DNA of 62,984 bases, the filler included. It is 4 parts of 4 records of this genome, joined end to end, with 100 filler letters (N's around TTAATTAATTAA, not from the genome) between each part and the next. Parts side by side here need not be neighbours in the genome. Positions count along the whole stretch, not along the records: positions 24,795 to 50,668 come from SRR20825006_1104; 3 more parts are not named here. One strand, 5' to 3'. The position numbers were made by a program, and so were the translations under genes. Below are positions 29,223-39,774 of the stretch, in pieces. Position 1 is the first letter of the stretch, and each line of letters starts with the position of its first letter. The notes below the pieces were generated by a model, which saw nothing but the letters and a program-made list of their open reading frames with translations, did not search any database and was not told the DNA's origin.

Positions 29223-30986
29223 ATGGTTAACGAGAATTGCCTCGTTTGCGCCGCATTGGGTCTGCACAAAGAAGATTATCCATGCTTGCGGCCTGAATGC
29301 CTTTTTAGGGGAAGCATAAGGCGATCTTCAAGAACATTCCAGGGAGAGCCCGGTTTGATCATCCGTCCATCGTGTATATTGTTCAGACGGACACTTCTCG
29401 CTTTAGCGATTGTAGCGATGGCTTTTTTTGCCTTCGGGACAGTCGGTGCGCGGGCCGAAACACGCACAATCAAGCTTTATTACGTTCACACAGGTGAGAA
29501 GACCGAGATCACGTTCAAGAGGAATGGCCGCTATGACCAGAAGGGGCTGGAAAAGCTGAACTGGTTCCTGCGCGACTGGCGGCGCAACGAGCCTACCAAG
29601 ATGGATCCCCGTCTTTTCGATGTCGTCTGGGAGGTTTATCAAAGGGTCGGTGCGACGGATTACATCAACGTTGTTTCAGCCTACCGGGCCCCGCAGACCA
29701 ATGCGATGCTGCGCAAGAATACCTCCGGTGTTGCCAAAAACTCCCAGCACGTTCAGGGCCGCGCCATGGATTTCTTCATTCCCGGCGTACCTCTGAAAAA
29801 ACTGCGTGAAACGGCTATGAAAATGCAGCGTGGCGGTGTTGGCTACTATCCGAGATCCGGCTCGCCTTTTGTGCATCTTGATGTGGCCAGTGTACGCGCA
29901 TGGCCGCGGATGAGCCGAAGCCAGCTTGCTTCCCTGTTCCCGAACGGCCATACACTGCATCTGCCCTCCGATGGCAAGCCGCTTCCCGGTTACTCCGAAG
30001 CGTTGGCCGAGTACAAGGCGAAAGGCACTGTTTCCGGGGCCGAGCCGGTGCGTGTTGCCCGTTCCAGCAGCAATGACAATGATGAAAAAAACAACGGCCG
30101 CACGCTTTTGAGTATGCTGTCTGGTCGTAACGACAACAGCGACAGCAATCAGGCTTCCACAACGTCTCAGCGTAGTCGGCAGGCACAGAACAGCGCTCCG
30201 GCACAACGCCCGGTCGATATTCTGACGGCAGCCGTAAGCTTCGAAAATCTTGATATTCCGGTTCCTCTGTCACGTCCGGGCGCGACTGAAGATGGTCCCG
30301 GAACAGCGCTGGCAACGGCGCTCGTTGATCCGACGCCAGTTGAGGATGATGCTGTAACCAGCATCGCACTCGCGGCAAATATCCCGTTGCCGCAAGAAAG
30401 ACCGTCCAGTATGGCTGCCGGGGATAATCTCTCGGTATCCGATGTGTTGGTCGATGAGGAACTTTCCGGCGCGGACGAAGATGTCGTGGAAGTCGCGGCG
30501 CTTGAAACAGGTGATGAAGCCGAAGGGCTGCAGGTCGCACTTGCCTCGACCAATGTTCCTGTGCCGCGTCCGAGACTGGCTGTGGACGAGGCCGGTTCAG
30601 CAAACGGGGTATCGTTTAACGCATCACGCCTTGAGCAGTCCGCTCCCGCGCCATCGCCTGATCCGCGACGTCAGGCCCATAGTCTGCTGGCTGACAAGCT
30701 GGAAGCCATGGGAGACACGACAGTGGTGATGGTTGATGCTGAGGATGATTTCCGGGCCGTCTTCAAGCCATCTGTGGCGCGTCTCCGTGCGTCCGTTCCC
30801 GAGGTTCCTGTAAAGGGAGAGCGCCCGGTTCTGCCTGTGGAAGTTGCGTTCAGCACGACCAGTTCAAATTTTACTGGTAGTATTTCCGCTAGTAGATCTA
30901 GTGAAACGCAGAATTCGCAGGAATCTAATGTAGTGAACAGTAATAAAAAGGTGGTTTCGGAGTACTTTGATACCGATCGGTTTTAA
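29223..30986 (+). CDS. DUF882/YcbK (peptidase M15A) protein with long low-complexity tail
   Basis: SAYRAPQTN, SQHVQGRAMD, FVHLD; true start probably downstream of 29223. Confidence 0.85.
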   Translation: MVNENCLVCAALGLHKEDYPCLRPECLFRGSIRRSSRTFQGEPGLIIRPSCILFRRTLLALAIVAMAFFAFGTVGARAETRTIKLYYVHTGEKTEITFKRNGRYDQKGLEKLNWFLRDWRRNEPTKMDPRLFDVVWEVYQRVGATDYINVVSAYRAPQTNAMLRKNTSGVAKNSQHVQGRAMDFFIPGVPLKKLRETAMKMQRGGVGYYPRSGSPFVHLDVASVRAWPRMSRSQLASLFPNGHTLHLPSDGKPLPGYSEALAEYKAKGTVSGAEPVRVARSSSNDNDEKNNGRTLLSMLSGRNDNSDSNQASTTSQRSRQAQNSAPAQRPVDILTAAVSFENLDIPVPLSRPGATEDGPGTALATALVDPTPVEDDAVTSIALAANIPLPQERPSSMAAGDNLSVSDVLVDEELSGADEDVVEVAALETGDEAEGLQVALASTNVPVPRPRLAVDEAGSANGVSFNASRLEQSAPAPSPDPRRQAHSLLADKLEAMGDTTVVMVDAEDDFRAVFKPSVARLRASVPEVPVKGERPVLPVEVAFSTTSSNFTGSISASRSSETQNSQESNVVNSNKKVVSEYFDTDRF

Positions 30987-31047
30987 AGTTGCGGTCCGTC
31001 ATGATTTTTTACTTGTGGTTGAGCTCTCTTTGACGTAACGTGCGTCT

Positions 31048-31302
31048 ATGACCACATATGACCCATTTATTGCGATTTCCGATCCCAATCGTCGCCATCT
31101 TCTGATGGCTCTCCGGCGTGAGCCGAAGACAGTCACGGAGCTCTCGGAAGGCCTGCCGATCAGTCGACCAGCGGTTTCGCAGCACCTCAAGGCGCTGCTG
31201 GATAGCAAACTTGTTCGCGTAACCCCTGTTGGTACAAAGAGGTTTTACGCGATCAATCCCGAAGGCTTCACAACGCTCAGCGTCTGGCTGCGTCAGTTTT
31301 AG
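31048..31302 (+). CDS. ArsR/SmtB-family regulator
   Basis: AISDPNRR..ISRPAVSQHLKAL. Confidence 0.85.
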   Translation: MTTYDPFIAISDPNRRHLLMALRREPKTVTELSEGLPISRPAVSQHLKALLDSKLVRVTPVGTKRFYAINPEGFTTLSVWLRQF

Positions 31303-31598
31303 GCTTCCCGGCCCGCGCATTGACAGCGGACGTAAACGCTTTGGGCGTTGCCGGGTGCGTGCGCGTCCTCATCGTCCCATGATGCCGAAAGTTGCGTACA
31401 GGGCTGCGGTATCCGGGGCAAATGTTCGGAAACGGACGTCTGGCCGATGCAGGTTCCCCGTGGTGTGCTCAAACTTTGCATTTGGAAAAAGATGTCACTG
31501 CAGGCGGGGCGTGCATTTCAAATTCCACGCTCCGACGTGCCGACATTGGCGGAGTTGACCTGACTCTCCGTATCTCTCATAGCCCTTTTTCAATAAAG

Positions 31599-31631
31599 AA
31601 ACGCCGCTCTTTCGAAATGAAAAGCGGCGTT
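31599..31631 (-). terminator. Terminator of gcrA
   Basis: AACGCCGCT..AGCGGCGTT hairpin with A-rich flank. Confidence 0.6.
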
Positions 31632-31662
31632 CTGTGATCTGTTCGAAGATGTCAGTAAGCAG

Positions 31663-32244
31663 TCAGCTTGCGCGACGGCGCTCATTCACGGGCTGATAGG
31701 CCAGCTTTGCATGGTATTTGCAGTAGGGTGAATTTTCGGAGGCGTCGCAGCCGCAGAAATAGAAGTCTTCCTGGGTCGGGTCGCCGACCGGCCATTTGCA
31801 GGTTGCCTCGGTCAGTTCGGTCAATGCAATCTTGCGCATGATCGGGACGACGTTGTTGTCTGTGTTGCGCGCCACTTCCGGCTCGGCGACCACCTCGGTG
31901 GAGGGTTCCTGCTTCAGCGCCGTGGCGCCAACTGTACGCGGCGCGTTGCTGCCGGTTGAGGCGCTTGCCTGCGCGTTCACGCTACCGGAAGACGGTTGTC
32001 TGCCCGCTGCTTTTGAAGCGAAATTCGGAGCGCGCGGCGCTGCCGTATTGCGGCTTGTGGCGCGGGTCTGCTGAGGCGTTGCAGATCCGCCGCTTTTTGT
32101 GCGGCCCGGCAGGCTCAGACGGTGTACTTTACCGATCACGGCGTTTCGGCTGACGCCGCCAAGCTGTGTCGCGATCTGGCTTGCACTCAGGCCTTCAGAC
32201 CAGAGTTGCTTGAGTTTTTCGACGCGCTCTTCAGTCCAGCTCAT
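31663..32244 (-). CDS. gcrA: Cell-cycle regulator GcrA
   Basis: MSWTEERVEKLKQLW..SRNAVIGKVHRL; CKWPVGDP..PYC; divergent from argD. Confidence 0.95.
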   Translation of the reverse strand: MSWTEERVEKLKQLWSEGLSASQIATQLGGVSRNAVIGKVHRLSLPGRTKSGGSATPQQTRATSRNTAAPRAPNFASKAAGRQPSSGSVNAQASASTGSNAPRTVGATALKQEPSTEVVAEPEVARNTDNNVVPIMRKIALTELTEATCKWPVGDPTQEDFYFCGCDASENSPYCKYHAKLAYQPVNERRRAS

Positions 32245-32629
32245 ACGTTCTCTCCGCCAGTTGCGGGCGGAATCCGTCCCCGGGCCCAAGAATGCATATC
32301 CTTAAGGCAGGCAGTTCATGCCATTACGGGTAATCAGATCCGCCGCTTGCAGTCTTTATCAGGCTTTAAGGTAGGCCTATGGTTGACCCGTGGCAAGGTT
32401 GGGGCGAATCGCCTGATTCCTTTTTCATAGTTTTCCCCAACTTGGTGGGCTTCGACACGAAAAAGCCACAAATCGGCGATGCCGCGTGCCTGATGGGATT
32501 TATTGACATTGGGTGCGGAGATGACAATATATGGAAAGCCGCCTGTCAAAGGCGGCATTTTTAATTTCTGAGCCAGCTGTTTTCATCGGCTGGAAGGTTT
32601 TCATTACCCATGCCGGGAGCGCTATCGTC

Positions 32630-33832
32630 ATGTCCGGAGCATCGCCTCTTTATAACACCTATGCCAGAATACCGCTCAACTTTGAGCGCGGCGAAGGCGT
32701 GTGGCTTTTCACTGACAAGGGCGAACGATATCTGGATTTTGCTGCCGGTATTGCGGTGAATTCTCTTGGTCATGCGCACCCGCATCTTGTTGCCGCCCTG
32801 AAAGAGCAGGCAGAAAAGCTCTGGCACCTTTCCAATCTTTATGAGGTTGCCGGTCAGGAAAGGCTGGCCGGCCGGCTGGTGGACCATTCCTTTGCCGACC
32901 GTGTGTTCTTCAACAATTCCGGTGCGGAAGCGCTGGAATGCGCAATCAAGACAGCACGCCGGTATCATTACGCAAAGGGAAATCCCGAGAAGATCGATAT
33001 TATCACCTTCGAGGGCGCATTCCATGGCCGGACGCTGGCGACGATTGCCGCTGGTGGTCAGGCGAAATACATGGAAGGTTTTGGGCCGAAGGCACCAGGT
33101 TTCCGCCAGATTCCGGCAGGTGATGCAGACGCGCTGAAAGCTGCGATCAATGATGAGACCGCCGCACTGATGATCGAGCCGATTCAGGGTGAAGGTGGTA
33201 TCCGGCTGATTGACAAGACGTTTTTGCAGGAAATGCGCGCACTCTGTGATGAACATGACCTGTTGCTGATTTTCGATGAGGTGCAGTCCGGTGTCGGGCG
33301 TACCGGAACGCTCTTCGCATATGAACAAACGGGTATTCAGCCCGATATCATGGCGATTGCCAAAGGCATTGGCGGTGGGTTTCCGCTTGGCGCCTGTCTG
33401 GCGACGGAAGAGGCGGCATCTGGCATGGTTCCGGGTGTGCATGGTACGACCTTCGGCGGCAATCCGCTGGCGATGGCCGTGGGCAACGCTGTTCTGGATG
33501 TTGTGCTGGAAGATGGTTTTCTAACCCATGTCAGGGATATGGCTCTGCTGTTCCGGCAGGGGCTGGCTGAGCTGAAAGATCGGTATCCTGATGTCATCGC
33601 GGAAATCCGTGGCGAAGGCCTGATGCTTGGCATCAGGGCGAGTGTCCCGGCCGCAGATCTTGTGAACGCCATGCGTGAAGAGCATGTGCTCGCCGTTCCA
33701 GCCGGAGACAATGTGATACGCCTCCTGCCGCCGCTGATTGTAAGCGCAGAAGATGTTCGCGAAGGTCTGAACCGCATTTCACAGGCAGCCGGAACGCTGC
33801 ATTCCGCCCCACAGACCCGGCAAACTGCCTGA
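32630..33832 (+). CDS. argD: Acetylornithine aminotransferase
   Basis: NSGAEA, FHGRT, DEVQSG, AKGIGGG; upstream of argF. Confidence 0.93.
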   Translation: MSGASPLYNTYARIPLNFERGEGVWLFTDKGERYLDFAAGIAVNSLGHAHPHLVAALKEQAEKLWHLSNLYEVAGQERLAGRLVDHSFADRVFFNNSGAEALECAIKTARRYHYAKGNPEKIDIITFEGAFHGRTLATIAAGGQAKYMEGFGPKAPGFRQIPAGDADALKAAINDETAALMIEPIQGEGGIRLIDKTFLQEMRALCDEHDLLLIFDEVQSGVGRTGTLFAYEQTGIQPDIMAIAKGIGGGFPLGACLATEEAASGMVPGVHGTTFGGNPLAMAVGNAVLDVVLEDGFLTHVRDMALLFRQGLAELKDRYPDVIAEIRGEGLMLGIRASVPAADLVNAMREEHVLAVPAGDNVIRLLPPLIVSAEDVREGLNRISQAAGTLHSAPQTRQTA

Positions 33833-33854
33833 ACGAACAAGAAAGAACTGACCG

Positions 33855-34775
33855 ATGTCGCATCCGAGACATTTTCTCGACCTTTCTGCCATGTCCAAGT
33901 CCGCTCTGCGGGACATTCTTGACGACGCTGCCACCCGCAAAGCGGCACAAAAGGCCGGGAATGGCGAAAAGCCGCTTAGTGGCAGGGTGCTGGCGATGAT
34001 CTTCGAAAAGCCGTCGACCCGAACACGCGTTTCTTTTGATGTCGGGATGCGTCAGCTTGGCGGCGAAACGCTGGTGCTTTCCGGTAAGGACATGCAACTC
34101 GGTCGTGCCGAAACGATCGGTGATACAGCCCGGGTACTTTCGCGCTATGTGGATGCGATCATGATCCGGACCACGGATCACAATCGCCTTGTGGAGCTGT
34201 CGGAGCATGCAACAGTGCCGGTTATCAACGGACTTACTGACGACACCCACCCCTGTCAGATCATGGCCGATCTGCAAACGCTTGAAGAGCATAACGGTCC
34301 GGTTGCCGGAAAAACCATTGCCTGGACCGGCGATGGAAACAACGTGCTGCATTCCTTCGTGGAAGGTGCCGCGCGCTTCGGCTATCGCATGAATATCGCC
34401 GTGCCAAACGGTTCTGAACCGGCCAGGCGCTTTATTGACTGGGCACGCGGCGAAGGTGCGGAGATCAATTTCTTCGAAACAGCCGATGCAGCGGTGAAAG
34501 GTGTCGACTGTGTGGTGACCGATACCTGGGTTTCCATGAATCAGGAGCACAAGGCGCGCGGCCACAATATTTTTCAGCCCTATCAGGTCAATGCTGATCT
34601 GATGCGCCACGCCAAGGACGATGCTGTTTTCATGCATTGCCTGCCAGCCCATCGCGGTGAAGAGGTGACAGACGAGGTCATGGACGGTCCGCAGTCTGTG
34701 GTTTTCGATGAAGCCGAAAATCGCCTGCACGCCCAGAAGTCGGTTCTGGCCTGGTGCCTCGGGGCCTTCGGCTGA
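33855..34775 (+). CDS. argF: Ornithine carbamoyltransferase
   Basis: STRTR, HPCQ, WVSM, HCLP. Confidence 0.96.
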   Translation: MSHPRHFLDLSAMSKSALRDILDDAATRKAAQKAGNGEKPLSGRVLAMIFEKPSTRTRVSFDVGMRQLGGETLVLSGKDMQLGRAETIGDTARVLSRYVDAIMIRTTDHNRLVELSEHATVPVINGLTDDTHPCQIMADLQTLEEHNGPVAGKTIAWTGDGNNVLHSFVEGAARFGYRMNIAVPNGSEPARRFIDWARGEGAEINFFETADAAVKGVDCVVTDTWVSMNQEHKARGHNIFQPYQVNADLMRHAKDDAVFMHCLPAHRGEEVTDEVMDGPQSVVFDEAENRLHAQKSVLAWCLGAFG

Positions 34776-34911
34776 CGCGCCCGGAATTGTGATGCGGTTC
34801 GCCGTGTGCCGGTCCGCCAATATACTCTATTTTAGTTTTGTGCGATTTCACCTGCGCAAGGTACTTTCGTGTACGGCAGGTCAATTGTGCCAATCGGCCA
34901 AGGAGTGAAAC

Positions 34912-35910
34912 ATGCAGGATCTTGAAAGCCAGCTCGGCGAACTCGGTTTCGCCGGAGACGATATGGTTGTGCCCTTCCAGGTCGATGCGCTGGACGTGCG
35001 CGGCCGCACGGTTCAGCTTGGCGGACTTCTGGATACGATACTTGAGCGCCATGATTATCCGGAAGCGGTTGCCCGGCTTTTGTCCGAAGTGATCGTTTTG
35101 ACGACACTCATCGGAACGTCTTTGAAGTTCGAGGGAAAGTTCACGGTTCAGACCAAAAGCGACGGAGCGGTTGATCTTCTGGTTGCCGATTTTTCGACGC
35201 CGGATTCACTGCGCGCCTACGCACGCTTTGATGATGAGGCGTTGAAATCTGCGATTGAAGCGGGCAAGGCTGCGCCGGAAGAACTGCTCGGTGCAGGGGT
35301 TCTCGCCTTCACCATTGATCAGGGTAAATATATGCAGCCCTATCAGGGGATCGTTGAACTTGATGGACGCTCACTGGAGGAAATTGCGATGGCTTATTTC
35401 CGTCAGTCGGAGCAAATCCCGACGGCGGTACGTCTGGGTGTTGCCAAGCTGGTCGACCGTGATGATGATGGCAATCCGCGTGAACGTTGGCGTGCCGGTG
35501 GACTGGTCGCGCAATTCCTGCCGGAAGAGCCGGAGAGGATGCGCCAGCCGGACCTGCACGGAGGCGATGGCGATGAAGGGCTGCCGTCGCATGGTCTTGA
35601 TGATTCCTGGACTGAGGCAAGAGCGATGGTTGAAACCATCGATCTCGATGAAATGACAGACCCGGAAATCGGTGCCGAGCGGCTGTTGTTCCGCCTGTTC
35701 CATGAGCGCGGTGTGCGTGTCTATTCGGCTCAGCCTGTCTTTGATCGCTGTAGCTGTTCCAGAGCGCGTATTCTTGACGTTTTGAAGGGATTCACCGCTG
35801 ACGAGATCGATGAAAGCACCGAAGATGGCAAAATATCGGTGACCTGCGAGTTCTGCTCGACGCTTTATGAATACACGCCGCAAGAGGTGCGTAACGCAGT
35901 GAAAGGTTGA
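34912..35910 (+). CDS. hslO: Hsp33 redox chaperone
   Basis: CSC...CEFC zinc centre, QSEQIPT. Confidence 0.93.
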   Translation: MQDLESQLGELGFAGDDMVVPFQVDALDVRGRTVQLGGLLDTILERHDYPEAVARLLSEVIVLTTLIGTSLKFEGKFTVQTKSDGAVDLLVADFSTPDSLRAYARFDDEALKSAIEAGKAAPEELLGAGVLAFTIDQGKYMQPYQGIVELDGRSLEEIAMAYFRQSEQIPTAVRLGVAKLVDRDDDGNPRERWRAGGLVAQFLPEEPERMRQPDLHGGDGDEGLPSHGLDDSWTEARAMVETIDLDEMTDPEIGAERLLFRLFHERGVRVYSAQPVFDRCSCSRARILDVLKGFTADEIDESTEDGKISVTCEFCSTLYEYTPQEVRNAVKG

Positions 35911-35960
35911 TGGTGTAAGCTCTGATCGCCGGTGCTGGACCTGTGATCGGGGCTGTTAAC

Positions 35961-37214
35961 CTATGGCTGTATACGCGCGATGATCCTGTTTCGGCCCGAT
36001 TTTTTGGCCTCGTACAGCAATTCGTCGGTGAATGCGAAAGTGTCCATGAAATTACTGTTCTCGGTGAACGTAGTGATGCCGATGCTGCAGGTGACGTGAA
36101 AATCCGATGGCGCAAACGAAAAGCGGCAGGCCGCGACGGCCAGTCGCAAACGTTCGGCAAAAAGCTTGGCGGCCTCCATCGCTACGCCCGGCAGAACGAT
36201 AACAAATTCTTCTCCGCCGATTCGTCCGACAATATCCTGTTTACGGGTATGTTGCTTCATCGTTTCACCAAGCGTCGCAAGAACTTCGTCACCGGCCAGA
36301 TGCCCATAGGTGTCGTTGATCTTCTTGAAATGATCGAGATCGCAGATGATCAAACTGGAGTAGGTCCACGGGAAGCGATTGCTTGTTTCTCGTTCTGCAC
36401 AGGCTGAAACATCAGAGCTGTTCCCGGCGCCTGAAAGTGATCGCGCGGTTTCGTTCGCGCGTCTGTCATCGTTTAGAAACAAGCCGGACGAACGACGTTC
36501 GAAGCCTGTTCGATTGAGAATGCCGGTCAGAGGATCAATGTCGCGCTCATCCTGAATGTCGGAGATGATGTCACTTATGGCTGCAGCAAGGATCGTGAGT
36601 GCCAGCGCTGGACCAAGTATCCCGTTTGAGAGCAGGAGATACTGCCAGAATTCAGAACGCCCGAAAGCCGGTACGCCATGCGGTGGATTGAGCCCGATCG
36701 TCAGCACGGTTCGAACTATGAATTGTATACCGAACAGAAGCACGAACCAGAAAAGAGCACGATCTATGGGGCGTTGCTTTATGCTTTTTCTGATGCGTAT
36801 CGCCGCTACAATGAAAAGGAGTCCATAGCCTGCATTTTGAATGTAGACGCGCATCAGGACGTTGCGGTCGACATAAAAATAGTAACCGATGAGCGCCATG
36901 AAAATGGCGAGCAGGGCAAGATCGCGTCTGAACCCGAGCGGCCTGCCGGCACGCAGCAGGATACCTTCCACGGCGCACAGGATTGCCGATGTATAGAACA
37001 GATTGGAGAACATGGCGTTCGGGCCGTCTCCCGGTGGCCATTGCATGATTTGTATGATTGCACCGAATGGCGCGAGCAGACACGCGGCCGCCATCACCAG
37101 AAGGTAATGGCGCTTGCGTTCTTTCAGCCAGGCCGCCATAAAAGCCGCAGTGAAGATCATCAAGACCGAGGGCGCGATCAGCGATAGCAATAGCCGGATA
37201 CTTGCTTCATTCAT
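35961..37214 (-). CDS. Membrane-bound diguanylate cyclase
   Basis: Multiple TMs; DLDHFK, RKQD I-site, GGEEF. Confidence 0.9.
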   Translation of the reverse strand: MNEASIRLLLSLIAPSVLMIFTAAFMAAWLKERKRHYLLVMAAACLLAPFGAIIQIMQWPPGDGPNAMFSNLFYTSAILCAVEGILLRAGRPLGFRRDLALLAIFMALIGYYFYVDRNVLMRVYIQNAGYGLLFIVAAIRIRKSIKQRPIDRALFWFVLLFGIQFIVRTVLTIGLNPPHGVPAFGRSEFWQYLLLSNGILGPALALTILAAAISDIISDIQDERDIDPLTGILNRTGFERRSSGLFLNDDRRANETARSLSGAGNSSDVSACAERETSNRFPWTYSSLIICDLDHFKKINDTYGHLAGDEVLATLGETMKQHTRKQDIVGRIGGEEFVIVLPGVAMEAAKLFAERLRLAVAACRFSFAPSDFHVTCSIGITTFTENSNFMDTFAFTDELLYEAKKSGRNRIIARIQP

Positions 37215-37439
37215 GATTGGGAAATAGTTCTTGTCGTTGCACAGAATGAACACAATCTAACATAAATCAATTATAAGTAGTGTAAAAAAGACTTCACTAA
37301 TTCACTCAGGATAATTGTTGATTTTGACGTGTTTATCCAGTCAATCGGGTCATGTGGTTTGAGGATTTCGTTTGAGCCACTCCTGTAACATGTTTAGAAT
37401 GGCAAAGATGAAAATTATCTTGCTGAAAAGGAGCGCGAC

Positions 37440-38129
37440 TTGCGATTGAGGATCCCAAAGAGCAGCTTTTGTGGAGCGGGTGAAGCTTCGCAATGCAGGT
37501 TTCGGCGGGGCCGTCACGCCGCCGGCGAAGACCCGGCCAAGCGCGCTCAAATATTGCAGGGAGCCAGCGCTGTCTTTTTGCGCCTCGGCTTTGACGCCGC
37601 CAGCATGAATGACATCACTCGTGCTGCCGGTGTTTCCAAAGGCACGATCTATGTATATTTCGAGAACAAGGAAGATTTGTTCCGGACGATCATTATGGAA
37701 ACACGCGAGCGTATTTTCGCCGATCTTCGTTCGATACTTGATTCCGGTGGCGAGATCGATGATATTCTCCGGCGTTTCTCGATAACTCTCATCACCGGTT
37801 TGACGCAGGATGAAACCATTCGGGCCATGCGGATTGCGATCAGCGTGGCTGACCGTTTTCCGAAACTGGTACAGGCTTTCTTCGCTGGACCAACAGAAAA
37901 CCTGAAGGATGTCGTCACCGCTTTCATTATGTCTGAGTGTCGGGCGGGGAGGCTGGCCGTCGACGATCCGCAGGTTGCAGGTTCCCAGTTTTTGCAGCTT
38001 TGCACCGGGCATATCTGGAAAATGCGGCTTTTCGGGGTGATGGAAAACGAGCCAGGCCCGGACGAAATCGCCGGGGCCGCAGAGAATGCGGTCTCCATGT
38101 TCATGAAATGCTACGGGGCTACGAAATAG
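37440..38129 (+). CDS. TetR-family regulator
   Basis: TTG start after AAGGAG; GEDPAKRAQIL, GVSKGTIYVYF. Confidence 0.88.
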   Translation: MRLRIPKSSFCGAGEASQCRFRRGRHAAGEDPAKRAQILQGASAVFLRLGFDAASMNDITRAAGVSKGTIYVYFENKEDLFRTIIMETRERIFADLRSILDSGGEIDDILRRFSITLITGLTQDETIRAMRIAISVADRFPKLVQAFFAGPTENLKDVVTAFIMSECRAGRLAVDDPQVAGSQFLQLCTGHIWKMRLFGVMENEPGPDEIAGAAENAVSMFMKCYGATK

Positions 38130-38139
38130 CGTTGCGCGG

Positions 38140-39726
38140 TCAGTGCGCCATTCCACCGCTGTCGCCTTGCGGTTTGCGCACAAGAACGATGCAGACTGTC
38201 AGCGCTGAAAACAGGATCGTGAGCAACACGAAAACGTCAATATAGGCCAGAAGCCATGCCTGTTGCGAGACAATCCGCGATAGCTGATAGATGGCCGCTG
38301 TTTCGCCATCCAGCCCCTGGCTTGAGAGCAGCCCGCCGACCATGTTCAGCCATTCCTGCGTTGTGTGGCTCGCCGCATCGACACTCGCCGCAAGCCGGTC
38401 ATAATGAAAGTCGTTGCGGCTGGTCAGCATGGTGTTGATGAGCGCAAGCCCGACAGCACCACCAAGGTTTCGTGTCAGATTGAACAGGCCGGAAGCGTTT
38501 TTGACATCCTGTGGCGGCAATGTGCCAAGCGCGATATTGGACACCGGGATCATCGACATCATCAGCGCTACGCCACGTAAAGCCTGCGGCCAGAACAGCT
38601 CCCAGTAATCCCATTCGGCGGTTATGTGTGTCATCTGCCATGTGCTGAAGGCAAACAGGCCGAGGCCAATCGCCATCATCACGCGCGGATCGAGTTTGTT
38701 CGACAGGATACCGGAAATCGGTGCGGTGATCATCATCGCTGCGCCGGTGACGAACATCGTTTCCCCGATCATCAGCGCGTCATAGCCGCGAATATTGGCC
38801 ATATAGAGCGGGAACAGATAAACGAGACCATAAAGTCCGATACCGATCGAGAATGAGAAAATGGAGCCGATGGCGAAATTGAAATTGCCGAAAGCTCTGA
38901 GGTCAACCACCGGATAGCGGGTGGTGAAGGAACGGTAGAAGAAAACGGCAGCGCCGATTGTCATGGCGGTGAAAACATAGCGGATAACATCGCTCTGAAA
39001 CCAGTTGTCCTTGTTGCCTTCTTCCAGAAAATACTCCAGAGACCCCAGAAACAGAGCGAGCGAAAACAGGCCGACCCAGTCGAAATGTTTGAAAATAGAA
39101 TAGTCCGGTTTGTCGAAGTTGATCAGCATCCAGGCACCAATGGCAACCAGAATGCCGGGCACGACATTGATCAGAAACAGCCAGTGCCATGAAAATGCGT
39201 CCACCAGATAACCGCCGACTGTTGGTCCGATCGTGGGTGCCAGCGTTGCCACGAGACCAACGACTGGAATGACGGTGGCGCGTTTTGAAGGTGGAAATGC
39301 CGTAAAGGCGACGGCGAAAACCGCTGGAACCATGCCGCCACTCATGAACCCTTGCAGTGCGCGGTAAACAATCATCTGATCGATATTCGTTGCCGTGGCA
39401 CAGAGCGCGCTGAAGGCGGTGAACAATATCGCGGAAATCGAGAACATGACGCGCGTTGACAGGATACGCGCCAGAATGCCGGAAAGCGGGATCATGATTA
39501 CTTCGGCAATCAGATAGGATGTCTGGACCCAGGCTATTTCATCAGCGCTGGCGGAAATACCTGCCTGAATGTCGGTCAGCGCCGAGGCAACAATCTGAAT
39601 GTCGAGGATCGCCATGAACATGCCGAATGCCATGACGATAAACGCCGCCCATGTGCGTCCGCTGACATGCTCCGGTGAAGCATGGGGGTGCGTTTTTTGT
39701 TCATCAATAGAGGAAGCGTCTGACAT
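38140..39726 (-). CDS. emrB: DHA2 MFS efflux permease
   Basis: MAILDIQIV, APTIGP, WLFLINV, RNLGGA. Confidence 0.9.
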   Translation of the reverse strand: MSDASSIDEQKTHPHASPEHVSGRTWAAFIVMAFGMFMAILDIQIVASALTDIQAGISASADEIAWVQTSYLIAEVIMIPLSGILARILSTRVMFSISAILFTAFSALCATATNIDQMIVYRALQGFMSGGMVPAVFAVAFTAFPPSKRATVIPVVGLVATLAPTIGPTVGGYLVDAFSWHWLFLINVVPGILVAIGAWMLINFDKPDYSIFKHFDWVGLFSLALFLGSLEYFLEEGNKDNWFQSDVIRYVFTAMTIGAAVFFYRSFTTRYPVVDLRAFGNFNFAIGSIFSFSIGIGLYGLVYLFPLYMANIRGYDALMIGETMFVTGAAMMITAPISGILSNKLDPRVMMAIGLGLFAFSTWQMTHITAEWDYWELFWPQALRGVALMMSMIPVSNIALGTLPPQDVKNASGLFNLTRNLGGAVGLALINTMLTSRNDFHYDRLAASVDAASHTTQEWLNMVGGLLSSQGLDGETAAIYQLSRIVSQQAWLLAYIDVFVLLTILFSALTVCIVLVRKPQGDSGGMAH

Positions 39727-39774
39727 GATTTGAGACCGTTCGGGCGTGGATCAGATAAACCGGTTAAATGCCCG

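Noticed and set aside
31303-31660. Small ORFs or sRNA between arsR and gcrA
   Set aside because: No motif, RBS or structure that could be supported beyond the gcrA terminator.
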